Shown here piece by piece: positions 42,341 through 54,930 of a stretch of DNA of 64,000 nucleotides. The notes under the pieces were generated by a model, which was given only the letters and a program-made list of their open reading frames with translations, did not search any database and was not told where the DNA came from. Each line of letters begins with the position of its first letter. Positions within the stretch are counted from its first letter, which is position 1. This DNA comes from the human T2T-CHM13v2.0 reference genome, Homo sapiens, in the NCBI RefSeq assembly GCF_009914755.1, contig NC_060929.1. The stretch is one strand, 5' to 3'. Position numbers and translations under genes: made by a program.

Positions 42341-43526
42341 AAAATTAGTGTATAGTTTTTTTACTTCATTGTGATAGCACCACTAATTAATAATCTATCT
42401 TTTCCTCACTGAGTTAGTCTTTTTTTACTATGTTAATTTGTTCTTATTTTTGGGTTTTCTTTTATATTTAATTTATCCATGATCCAGTAATATACTGAGT
42501 TAATTATTAAGACCTTATCAAAGAGTGCCTGTTTCCTCTCATTTCACTTTTTAAAGTTTACTGGCTATAGTTATTAATTTATTTGTTTATACTTAAAATC
42601 ATCTTGTTTCATTTTTTAAAATATTTTTATATCTTTATTGAGATCAAGTTAAATTAATAAAGCAACATATGGAGTATTTGCATGTTTATGTGCTATACTT
42701 TGCTAGTGAGAACTCAGTGTGTCTTTATTAGTTCTTTTTTTATAACCTTCAGAAGTGCTTTAAAATGTACTTCAAATACGCTGTGTATCATTATTTCCAG
42801 TTATTCTTGTGCATTTCTCTTTGGTTTTTGTAACTTTTTTTCTCTAAATCTTTTATCTTGTGTTTGTTGATATTATTTTTTACCTTCTATGTTGTGGTTA
42901 ATTTGCCTGAAAATGTTGATTTATTTGTATTATTTTTGATAATGAATATGGCATTCCCTTGTTTATAGCATATTTTCAGTTGTGTCCTGGGATTTTTAGG
43001 TATTCTATCATGTTTTCTGTAAATACTGAGAGTTGTACCTACTTCTTTCTTTTTTTATGCTTCTGTTGCTTAATCTTGTATAATCATCTTGTCTAACATC
43101 TCTAGGATATTATAAAGTAACAGTGATACCGTATTTTGAAGTCTTCTCTTGACTGCTTCTAGAGCTTTCTTTTGAAAAATAACAGCTCTAGCTTTGGGCT
43201 GAGACAGATGACATTTTTGTATTATGTAAGTATAGATCAGTCTTGTTTTATTGAATATTTTTAAAATTGTTTTTAAATATCAATACCTTTCAGTTTAAAT
43301 GGATATAATAAAATGCCTTTTTCTCCTAAGACTTAGTAACATGAATGTGATTAGTATATTTAATAATATTGAACTTTCTTTGAATTCCTTTAATAAAACT
43401 CATTTTTTCATGGCATATTTCCCTTAATATGTTACTGAATTCCATGTTGGAGAATTTTATTTGTAAACTTTGCATTGCTATCTATAACTGAGATTAGCAT
43501 CTAATTTTCAATTTTTGTGTGTTTAA

Positions 43527-43828
<302 letters not shown>

Positions 43829-44353
43829 TGAATGTTGTCCTTTTCTTAATGCTCTAAAAATGTTTTTAAATCTTTGCAATTACCTGCTATTTAATTGTTG
43901 GGTAGAATTTCCCTTAAAAACTCTTTGGCAAATGCCACTCTTTCAATGGACATTTTTCTGTTTACTTTTTTTTTCTTTCTGCTCTGAGATCTATTCTGGT
44001 AACTTTAATTTCATAGGAAATAAGGCATATTTTTCCAAAAGCTTCAGAGTATTTACTTGTGATTCTTTAACAGGCTCTCTCTCTGGTTACTTCTCCCTAA
44101 GTTCTTTCCCTTTTTAAATTTTATTCTTTTCTTTTTGTTATTCGTTATAATTACATAAAATTATAACCATAATAATTTTATATTACCCCTTATAAGCTTA
44201 GCTATTCTATATTTACTCCTAATCAACAGGGTTTTCAAATTTGTTTCTTTTCTCTCCTTTTGTAATGTATTAGTTTTTTTATTTTGCTTTATATTGTTGT
44301 TTTTTAATGAAGTTTGAGCCTGACATGGTTGATTCATTTGTATCTTTAAAAAA

Positions 44354-44697
44354 TTTTTTTTTCTTTTTTTGAGATGGAGTGTCATTCTGTCGCCCAGGCT
44401 GGAGTACAGTGGCGCGACCTCAGCTCACTGCAACTTCTACCTCCCAAGTTCAAGCAATTCTCCTGGGTCAGCCTCCCAAGAATCTGGGATCCACGCATGA
44501 GCCACCACACCCGGCTATTTTTTGTATTTTTTATTTTTATTTTTTAGTTTTTAGACAGAGTTTCACTCTTTTGCCCAGGCTGGAGTGAAGTGGCATGATC
44601 TCGGCTCACTACAACCTCCACCTTCCAGGTTCAAGCGATTCTCCTGCCTCAGCCTCCTGAGAAGCTGGGAATACAAGCATGTGCCACCACACCTGGC

Positions 44698-44729
<32 letters not shown>

Positions 44730-44957
44730 GGATTTTTAGTAGAAACAGGGTTTCATCATGTTGGCGAGAGCTGGTCTAGAACTTTTGACCTCAGGTGATC
44801 CACCTGCCTCGGCCTCCCAAAGTGCTAGGATTACAGGCGTCAGCCACTGCGCCTGGTCTATTTTTTTGTATTTTTAGTAGAGATGGGGTTTCATCATGTT
44901 AGCCAGGCTGGTTTTGAAGTCTTGACCTTTAGTGATCCAGCTGCCTCAGCCTCCCAA
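44354..44957 (-). mobile_element. Nested Alus: an inner Alu (44532-44858) within the A-rich linker of a 5'-truncated outer Alu
   Basis: Order on + strand is right monomer, full Alu, left monomer. The linker tattttttgtattttt is duplicated around the inner copy. Confidence 0.92.
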
Positions 44958-46197
44958 TTAAAATTTTTATAATTATGTAAGGCAATGAATTTTCCTCATA
45001 GCACTTTTATACATAAATAATGTTTACATTATCATTGTTCTGTAGCAATTCTGATTTTTTTATTTATATGCATGTTTTAAAAAGGACCCTTGTTCATTTA
45101 CAGAGAATGATTTTTTGTTTCTATCTTCGTTATTGAAATTCTAGTTTATTACATTGAAAACAGACAAAATTTGTCATGCTTTTTCTGTTTCAGCACTAAT
45201 TAAAATTTTCTCTCCAAGTATATGGTCATTTCTTTGGTGAATGTTCCATGAGCACTACTGTGGGAATTCATTAGTATCCTGTATTACCACACCCTACTAC
45301 TAGTGCATTTCTATTTCTTCTTACATTTTCTATAATTATGATGTGTGAGTGTTAAGGTTGATATAAGTTATGCATTTTAGCATTATAAAGCACCCCTGCT
45401 TGTTTTACATAATATTACTTTATTTATAAACATTGTTCTGATATTGAGAGTGCAATCCATGTTTTCTTCTTATTTTGTTTTCCTGTTATAATTCTGCACA
45501 TCCTTTTAATTTCATACTCCCCGAAGTACTTTGTTCAGGTGTATCTATTGCACATGGTATAGAGTTAGATTTTGCTTTGTTAATGTGATATGAAAATCTT
45601 TGTTTTATAATTGGTAACTTAGACTCTGAAGTTTGTAATAGCTATATTCATATTATCCTAAAAACAAATACAAGATTTCCGAATCAAGGTGTATTAGTAA
45701 TACTTACAGCAAAAAACACACCAGCAGTTCCTGTGAACCCGATCTTTCTTCCTACTCAAATTGTTCATTATCTTTCCCTTATTCACTCTCTTTTGTTGTT
45801 GTTGCTAGTAATGGGCATATACCTTAAATTCTAATATTTCATGATCATCCATACATCTATTTTAAACTTAATTCTGCAGTTAAAATAGTCAATGCCACTA
45901 ATCCTTTTGGCTAGGATTTCTCCAATAATCTCTTGTTTGGCTAGAGTTCATCTAATAGTTTCCTTTGTTTTTCTAAATAAGGACTCATAAGAAACATATA
46001 CTGAAGTCCTCTATATTTAAAATTACTTTTCTATAGACTATTTACAAGGGGGACACCGTCGTTGAATAAATAATCTTTAGATGTCCTCTTTTAGTCTTTA
46101 AATTCTAATAGGTGTTACTCTATTTCCATCCATTTTGTTTATTATTTTCTATGGTCCCGTTTTTGAATGTTGCTATAGAAAATTTGATGCCAGTCTA

Positions 46198-46896
46198 GGG
46201 GTGCAGCCCCCGCCCGGCCAGCCACCCCGTCCGGGAGGGAGGTAGGGGGGTGCCTCCGCCCGGCCACCGCCCCCGTCTGGGAGGTGGGGGGCGCCTCTGC
46301 CCGGCCGCCCCGTCTGGGAAGTGAGGAGCCCCTCTGCCCGGCCGCCACCCCGTCTGGAAGGTGTACCCAACAGCTCATTGAGAACAGGCCATGATGACGA
46401 TGGCGGTTTTGTCTAATAGAAAAGGTGGAAATGTGGGGAAAAGAAAGAGAGTTCAGATTGTTGCTGTGTCTGTGTAGAAAGAAGTAGACATGGGCGACTC
46501 CATTTTGTTCTGTACTAAGAAAAATTCTTCTGCCTTGGGATGCTGTTAATCTATAACCTTACCCCCAACGCCGTGCTCTCTGAAACATGTGCTGTGTCCA
46601 CTCAGGGTTAAATGGATTAAGGGCGGTGCAAGATGTGCTTTGTTAAACAGATGCTTGAAGGCAGCATGCTCCTTAAGAGTCATCACCACTCCCTAATCTC
46701 AAGTACCCAGGGACACAAACACTGCGGAAGGCCGCAGGGTCCTCTGCCTAGGAAAACCAGAGACCCTTGTTCACATGTTTATCTGCTGACCTTCCCTCCA
46801 CTATTGTCCTATGACCCTGCCAAATCCCCCTCTCCGAGAAACACCCAAGAATGATCAATAAATACTAAAAAAAAATAAATAAATAAATAAAAATAA
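46198..46896 (+). mobile_element. 5'-truncated SVA (older, SVA_B-like): partial VNTR, SINE-R and A-rich tail
   Basis: GC-rich VNTR units (gcctctgcccggccgccccgtctgggaagtgaggag) and SINE-R (tgtacccaacagctcattgagaac ... gaaacacccaagaatgatcaataaa). Confidence 0.97.
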
Positions 46897-47228
46897 GGTT
46901 CTCTAAATGACTGCTAAATTAGTAGGACTAATCTTCATAGTGATTTAGAATTGGTCCCATTAGTTTGAGATTGAAAATTTTCTCTAGCTGTTTACAAGAT
47001 AGTTCTTATATACTTAAGGTAAAATTTCCTTATGTCCTGTTATTATATTCCTTGCAATCTGAAGTAAGACTGAAATAATTGTAATAAATCAAAGTTCATC
47101 TCTACCCACCCTCAAGCCTCTTATCTAATTATAAATGGAAGCATGGAACTTGTATTTGAATTCCAATTATTGAAATAATTGTTACTAAAAATTTTCCCAA
47201 GGCAAAAAAAAAAAAAAGAAAAAAAAAA
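46897..47228 (+). other. SVA 3' transduction (46897-47203) plus second poly(A) tail
   Basis: Non-SVA sequence between two A-tails, inside TSD agaaaatttgatgccagtcta (46177-46197, 47229-47249). Confidence 0.93.
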
Positions 47229-47685
47229 AGAAAATTTGATGCCAGTCTAAAGATTTAATGAAAGATTTTGTCTTTTTGTGGATCTATTTGCTATTTATCA
47301 TTGAGATCCAGTATCTTAGTAGGATATCTCCCATGTTGACTACTCTGGGTCAGCTTTTCCTGGTGTTTGGTGTGCCTTTTAATTAGCTAGATTCAGGTAT
47401 TGATTTATTCAGCAGTATGTCTTTGAACTATATCTTAATGATTTTTTTTTCCTTCCCGTTCAAATATTTGGTTTACTTTTATTGAGGAGCCAGTTAAGAA
47501 CATCGTATAACTCCTTTGCCTGATATTTATAATGATCTTTCTTTCACTCTATTTTTAGTTTTTTAAGTGTACTTATTTGATTGCTCTGGTAATTCCCATC
47601 TACTGCATCCCTAACTGAATTTTTTGCAGTGTCTGCACTTTGTTATGTCTCTCTCCATTTCTTCCCTGGGTTCTGGCAGTTCAAT

Positions 47686-47687
47686 TT

Positions 47688-47738
<51 letters not shown>

Positions 47739-47742
47739 TTTT
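47686..47742. repeat. (TTTA)n microsatellite
   Basis: Directly visible. Confidence 0.95.
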
Positions 47743-48439
47743 ATATCTGTTTCCTCCTGTATATGTGCTGTGTGGTTTTCCTTCATAGAAACAAGTGCCT
47801 CATACCCATTCTCCTAATTCTCAGAGAAATGTTTGGACAGAATTGTCATCTGTTCTGTGGCAGCACTTTTCCTTCCAAAACTCTGGCAACTTTTCTTGCT
47901 TTCCCGCCTTTTGTTTTTATATCTTTGTGTGTATTCTCTGTTCGCTCTCTTTTTATTACTTCTTGGGATTTGTTAGATTTTCCTGGCCCAGCTTTTTACA
48001 GAAACCATCCCCACCCACTCTGAGTGTGGTGTTTTTTGTTTGTTTGTTTGTTTTGGTTTAGTTTTAGATCAATTCTTTAAGCACCTTTATTAGAGTTGCC
48101 TATATGGCTTATATTCCATGGACTGCAATGCCAGTCGCTCCAGTTCTCACAGCTTTTGTTTGATGCAAGGTCTTCGGGGATTATACCTTCAGAACAAGCC
48201 CCTTCCATCTAGAAGGTGCTTTTTGGCCTGCAGTTTTGAAATCTACTGATAGAGATTTTGGAATCTCTTCACTTTTCTCTCTAGAGTTGCTGCTGTAGTT
48301 CACCTTAAATTATGTCTATGCAAATCTTATCTTGTGTAGCCTTTATATTTTTTATGCTTTTTATCTTCCACAGGCCATAATTATTTTTTTAATTAACCTA
48401 ACATAGAGTTTAAAAGTAATTTTTTCATTCACATTGTTG

Positions 48440-48870
48440 TGTTTTACATTTGCTCAATTACGCTACTGACTATGAATCCCAGAATCTCAAAGGCTTAATA
48501 CAGTAACATTTACTTATGTTTCAAATAACAGTATGTTGATGTCATTGCTGGTTAGGAGGCCCTACTGGGCCACTGTCCTGCAATTAGTGAAACAGCAGCC
48601 CAGGATTTTTCCATATTAGGGCTCTACTCTTTTAAATGTAACTGCCAGTGTCACTTTGTGGGTTAGTCTCTATTCCTTCCAGCTGAAGAGGGAAAAAAGA
48701 AAAAGAAATATTAAAAATACAACTCATAGGAAGGGTATATATAATTCATTTCATTGACTGGTATAGAGTCATACAGTGTCACTGCCCTGCAAAGACTGGA
48801 ATATAGGCTAGTCATATGCTAGGAAGAGGACATGGGTTTGGTGATCAAATAACTTATTCTTCCAAAGTAG
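48440..48870 (-). mobile_element. Old MLT1-type MaLR LTR remnant
   Basis: cagaatctcaaaggcttaatacagtaacatttact and catttcattgactggtatagagtcat motifs. Confidence 0.45.
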
Positions 48871-49555
48871 GATTCCAGGGGAGAAGTTGCTTGAGGTTTC
48901 ATGCTGCCATAGACATGTTAAAAATTGTTTCTAATGTTTTTTCTTGTTTTGATATTCTAAGATGGAGCCTAAGAAATGGTAGGCATTCAGTAAATATATG
49001 GTAAATGGGTGAATAAATGAATGACTAAATAGACAGATGGTTGCTTGTTTTATTGAAGGAGTAATTGATGAAAAAGTATATGGCTGGATCAGAAATGGCA
49101 TGTAAAAAAGATAGGCAAATTGACAGACCTATTTGTCATACAATGTAGCATATTCTTTTCTACTTTAACTTCATCATTGCCCTGATTTTCATATATATGT
49201 ATATACATTTGTTTTTTATTCTGATTAAAACAAGTTTCCACATGCAATATGATAAAGTTAATAGGAAACAGCTTCCAAATGCAATGTTTGGTTGGATTTA
49301 GGCAAGACTTTTTCAAAGTATAAACATGAAATTGTTTTTTAAATTGGTGATGAAATAATAAAGGGTATGAAAAGTCCAAAGTATTTATTTTGCTTTTATC
49401 TAGTATGTAGTGAGGAAACATATAAAAATATGAACTAGAAGCAACTTGCAGAAGGCCTCTAAAAATGTTCCAATGTTAAACGTTCATCCAGACTTTGAAT
49501 AGATATGCTTTGAAGCCTATAAAGCTTCTATTTAAGGCTTACAAGTATTGCTCAG

Positions 49556-50078
49556 TATGACAGGCAGAAGGATATTCCCCCAAGATGTCACCTCCTAACC
49601 CCCAGAACCGGTGAATATGTTACATTACATGGCAAAGGAGGATTAAGGCAGCAGATTAAATTAAGGTTTCTAATCATCTGAATTTTAAAAAGGGAGATTA
49701 AACTGGATTATCCAGGTGGACCCCGTATAGTCAGAAGAGTCTTTACACGTGGAGAAGGGAGGAAGGGAGGAAGGGAGGAGAGTCGGTGTCAGGGTGATGT
49801 GATGTGAAAAAGACTCAACTGGCCATCGCTGGCTTTGAAGATGAAGGAAAGGAGTTCCAAGCCAACATGGGTGGCCCCTAGAAGCTGAAAATAACAAGAA
49901 AAGACATTCCTCCTTAGAACCTCCAGAAAGGAATGCAGCCTTACTGACACTTTCGTTTTGGCCCAGTAGGACCCTTTTGGGACTTCTGACATCCATACCT
50001 ATAGGATAATGAATTTGTGTTGTTTTAAGCTACTAAGTTTGTGATAATTTGTTACTGCAGCCATAGGAAAGAAAAACA
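49556..50078 (+). mobile_element. MLT1D-like MaLR solo LTR
   Basis: gtgaatatgttacattacatggcaaagg, aatttgtgttgttttaagctactaagtttgtgataatttgttactgcagccatagg. TSD ctcag/ctctg. Confidence 0.9.
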
Positions 50079-50318
50079 CTCTGGAAACTCAAATGTTTCT
50101 AGGCTACAAGCTTCATACTTTTCCCAACTTATGCACAACAGTATCATTGATCAACATGAGACTGGTAGTCTGAAAGTTCAAAGATATAATTCAGTTATGT
50201 GATCAGATTTGTTGTTTTATCGGCTTATTGGCCCTGACCAAATTATATGACTTTGCTGCCATACCTAGCAGCGGGTACTTTATGGGACCCTTTGAAAAAA
50301 AACCAGTTTATACAAGAT

Positions 50319-50626
50319 GCCAAGATAAATCTTAGCTAATAACAAACCTGTATGGTCACATTGATGAGGTAAAAGAGAAATAGGAAACAGCTTCCAAATG
50401 CAATGTTTGGTTGGATTTAGGCAAGACTTTTTCAAAGTATAAACATGAAATTGTTTTTTAAATTGGTGATGAAATAATAAAGGGTATGAAAAGTCCAAAG
50501 TATTTATTTTGCTTTTGTCTAGTATGTAATAAGGATTACATATCTAGTATGTAATGAATATTAGCCAAGATAAATCTTGGCTAATAACAAACTTGTATGG
50601 TCACATTGATGAGGTAAAAGAGAAAT
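50319..50626. repeat. Complex duplication: 63-bp direct repeats flanking a 157-bp copy of 49260-49416
   Basis: Direct sequence comparison. It also explains the shared peptide in ORFs 49089..49421 and 50280..50498. Confidence 0.95.
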
Positions 50627-52494
50627 TATGTTTTGAGAGTCAGTTTAATGCTAACCTCTTAATGATTTAGCATTTGTGTAAATCTCAAGTATATATATAT
50701 ATATATTTATTTATTTATTTATTTTCCTCTGATTTTTTAAAAACAATATCTCTTCCCTGAAAGTGTACATTGCACATTTTATTATGATAGGAAAGACAAA
50801 TAAACTAATAAAAAATAGAATAGGCTGGGGAACAAACATACTTGTGAACTTTTTAAATAGAAATACACAAAGAAAATACTCAGAATAAAATTATCTCTAC
50901 TGGGCAAACATAAAAAGGACCATAACTTTTATGGGTCTTTCCAAAGAAGTGAACTCTGGCTTAATAACTTAATCATGATCTAGATTTTCCTATTGGCATT
51001 AAGAAGTAGAGAGGTTGCTGGTTGGAAACATAAAATGAGCTGAAACATCACAATGGGTATGAAGTATCTTTCTGATAATTTTACTAATTAAATTGTTACA
51101 GGAAAGTTGCAAAGCTGCGTATGCCCCATGGGAAGGTTTATTGCTTTTCTGAAGTATTCCAACAAGAAACCAAACTATGAGCACGTATAAAATGACATTA
51201 TGTGTAAGGCCCAAAGTTAGATTAGCCGAGTTGTTTTGAAGAGGCATCAGATAATTGATCAGGAAGTAAAACTGTGATTATATAATAAAATCACAGTTGA
51301 ATTATAGCAAATAATTGCAAAAATAATTAAAGTCACAAATCCTCCCAGTAACAATATGAAACAATTCTCTTTAGTACCCCACAGGGATGGAACTTGCTAG
51401 CTTTGATTGGGATTAAACCTGGAGGTGTAAAAGAAAAGGAAAAGTGTAGTCTGGAAAAAAATCGTATTGAGAACATATCATCCAAAGGAAAAAAAGTTCC
51501 TGAGAAGTGAATTTGGAAGTTGTGTAATTTCCATTTCAAAGGATGCAATTTGTTATAGTTCCTTTAATGATTTTAAAAGGAGACAACATCAGCATGGGCT
51601 TTCATATATAGGCAGATTCCCAGGTCTCAGTTTATTTCGTTTTCTGCTATGGTCAAATAGAGCGAACTTGTTTCATATCTCTAATTGAAAGACTAGGAAC
51701 TTAATTAAGAAGAAAAATTTACTTCCAGAAGAATTATGGAGATGATTCTTATAAGCACATTTTGATTCTGGAGGCATAAAATAACTGTCCTTTTGCTTTT
51801 ACTATTTGTATACCACACATACAATGTAATGTAATATCTACTACTGGATGAAACCCTCGAAGTAGAATGAATAATTTCTGAAAATATGCCTTCCATCTTA
51901 AAAAAAATCAAGTAATAAAAATGCAACCTGAAACACACAACACATTGCTTATATTCCAGTTGGCCTTTGTGTTATCCACTCAATCTTTCTTTTGATGTAT
52001 ATGTTATGATCCGAGTGTAAATATCTACCTGATCTGTGATCTCTCAGGTTTCTTTGAAATTGAATACATAGGAATGCTCAAGCAAGAAAGATACCATGAA
52101 AAAGCCTTAAAAGAAAAAATAATGATATGAAATCTGCTCCGGAATTTAAAGCACCTAGTTACAAACAACAAACTCAATCTCAGTTTTTAAAAGTTCCAGT
52201 GTTTTAAATCCAGTTATTTTGTTATTTCTAAATTGTTTACTGAGCCTCTACCTACCATATTGTTTGCACTGTGGGGACATTTTATATTGAAGAAATTGAT
52301 AATTATATAGTCAAGAAAATCCTCCACCAGAGTAACACATTGAAATAATAAAACAAGGTTTTATATAGTTACAAAAATAAATATATTATAAAAATTACTC
52401 AACTTGATGTTCAGCTTCAAATTAAAATATCTTCTCTAATTGGGTAGACTCTACTAATAAATCTAAGTAGAGCCATTAAAAATTGTAGCTAGAT

Positions 52495-52960
52495 ATAATC
52501 TCTATATTTAATGAATATTCAGCATTTTCTATGTCTAGACACTGTCATGAGATTAGGCTAAAATGATGAACAAGTGAAAAAAAAATAGATATAGTTTCCA
52601 CTCTCTCAAAGTTGTACAGTAGTGGGGATTTATACAAGAAATCAGGTAATGACAATACAATGTGATAAATATATGAAGTACTTCAGTGGCCACAGGATGT
52701 CGGTAACTCCAGCTTTGATAGTCAGGAATGAAGGATGAGTAGAAACTTACTAAATAGAGACAAGTAGCTAAAAATCTTCTGGCAGGGGAAATAGTGAACA
52801 ACCAAAGTTCAAAGACGGAGAAATAGAAAATGGGAGAGGAGAAGGAGAGGACAAGAAACATAGGGGAGAGAATGAGTATCAATGGCCTGTTGGATAAATG
52901 AAAGAAAGGTATTATGTTGGAGTCTAAGAAGGATTGTAAAAGAAATGATGCTGAAAGAAA
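52495..52960 (-). mobile_element. L2 remnant
   Basis: gaatattcagcattttctatgtctagacactgt start and purine-rich L2 body. Confidence 0.55.
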
Positions 52961-53202
52961 AAGCAAGAATTATGTCATGAGTAACACACACAGTACTTTG
53001 TTTATTCATTCTATCCAGGACAAAAGCATTTCCAAATGGCTGACAACCTGCCTGAAATTCACATGTACAGAAAAAGACTAATCATTCCACTACTTTTTTT
53101 TTTTTCTTGAAACAGAGTTAGTCGATCCTTAGAAAAATACTGTAGGAAGGATGAAAGAGTGACGCAACAAAAGCAGTGGGCATCGCCTCCTGGTCACATC
53201 TA

Positions 53203-53266
53203 CTCAAAAATAAGAGCTCTTTATGATGCTGCACCTCAAAAATAAGAGCTCTTTATGATGCTGCAC
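53203..53266. repeat. Perfect 32-bp tandem duplication
   Basis: ctcaaaaataagagctctttatgatgctgcac x2. Confidence 0.95.
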
Positions 53267-53829
53267 CGAAGATTTGGTCTCCAGGATGGCCACATCACAC
53301 CTTCCTGAGATCTTCCTCTTTTTACTCATTTCTGCAACAAAAGTTATGCGCTTGCCTCTATGAGCAACTCTTAGTTTACATGCTATTTATAGACAGGTTT
53401 TGTTTGAACCATATAGTAATTGTTTTTTGTTTTTGTTTTTGCAGCCAGAAATTCAAAGTTGTAAACTTATCATTTAAAAATTTAGATTCCCAGTTTCTTC
53501 TAAGAAACATGAAGCTTCATGGCAGAAACTGGCTGGAGTAGAGCAATGGTACTCTTCCCAAGTAGGGCACACACTGCTTTGCTGCAGTGGTCAACACTCT
53601 TTCCTATACCTAATCTCTGTAGATATTGGACGTTTTGACCCATGGTGTAACTTTGGCCATTTATCTTCCTACTGGTTTACTTTAGGTCTTAGCCTCATCT
53701 TCAGGGTTGCTGGATTGGTAGCTTCTTTCTCTCTACCTGGGACCACATTTCAATCTTTGGCTACATTTCTACCACTCTTTTTTAGATTTGAATCCAAAGT
53801 CTTCTTCTGATAATATCGCTCCAGTGGAA

Positions 53830-54390
53830 AGGCCTTCCTGCAGTCTATTACTATCTGTAGAAAGTCAAATAATAGCACTCTTCTGCCAAAAAATTTCTAA
53901 GAGCTGTCCCTTTCACTGAGAGTGAGAGCCAAATCCCTACTACTGACCTATAAGTTACTAACCTTTCCAAACATGTCACCAATGACACCCCCCTCACCCT
54001 GCTCCAGCTCCAGCTGGCTGCTCCTCAACTGTGCCAGAGATGATCCCAACTCAGAGCGTTTTCTCAAGCTGGGACACTGCTTCCCATTCAGCTTTGTTCA
54101 CATCCACATTTTCAAGGAGGCCTGCCCTGACGACCCTATCTAAAAGAACGGCTTGCCCTCTCTCACCTGGCACTCCTGTCTCCTGATTCTGACCCACTTT
54201 TATGATTGTTGTCATTATTATAGCACTCATTGCTTTCAAACCATATGCTTTGTAGATTTGTTCTGTTTGGTGTGCGTCTTCACTAGGATATATGCTCCTT
54301 GAGAGCAAGAATCAGTGTGTTTTGTTCATTGATCTTCCCCTGAGAACCTAGAGCAGTAACTAAATATTAGTTGAATAAAAAATGAATGGG
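53830..54390 (+). mobile_element. L2 3' end
   Basis: cactaggatatatgctccttgagagcaagaatcagtgtgttttgttcattg ... gttgaataaaaaatgaatg. Confidence 0.75.
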
Positions 54391-54769
54391 TAACACATGA
54401 TAGAAATAAAACTGTAAGAACTTTATCAAATTCCATCCCACTGTCTATTCATAATATCTCCCACATTTGCTTTCAGGAGGAAGTTTTGTTGGGGAAGAAC
54501 AATGTCTTTATCATCACCATAAAATAAATTTTTAAAAAATTCATGCTAGTTTATACATTCTTTGTAAGCCTCAAGTTTCTAATCTGGCAAAAAAGTTAAA
54601 AAGTGTATTAATACCTTTAAGACTTGTTGTGGAGATGTGAAGGAGTAAATAATTACAGACTTTCCTCAGTTAGGTTGGAAGGTAATTGCTATTTTTGCGA
54701 ACCTGAAAATAATAGTTTCACCAGCCTAAAAATAATAGTTACTACTAACAAAAATAATACAAGTAAGAA

Positions 54770-54930
54770 AAGCTCACATTTACTGAACATATGCTATGCA
54801 TCAGGCACTATGCTAATCACTTTATAAATATTGCCTCGTTTAATCTCATTGAACTCTTATAACAACCTTAAGATACATGACAAATTATTATGCCTATATT
54901 TCAGATGAAGAAGCCAAGGTTTGAAGCAGC
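54770..54930 (-). mobile_element. MIR SINE
   Basis: catttactgaacatatgctatgcatcaggcactatgcta ... tttcagatgaagaagccaagg. Confidence 0.65.

Noticed and set aside
46198-46360. CpG-island promoter or GC-rich ORFs 46142..46378 and 46173..46370
   Set aside because: This is the SVA VNTR.
49089-50498. Two paralogous small proteins sharing DFSYPLLFHHQFKKQ...
   Set aside because: The similarity comes from the 157-bp non-coding DNA duplication.
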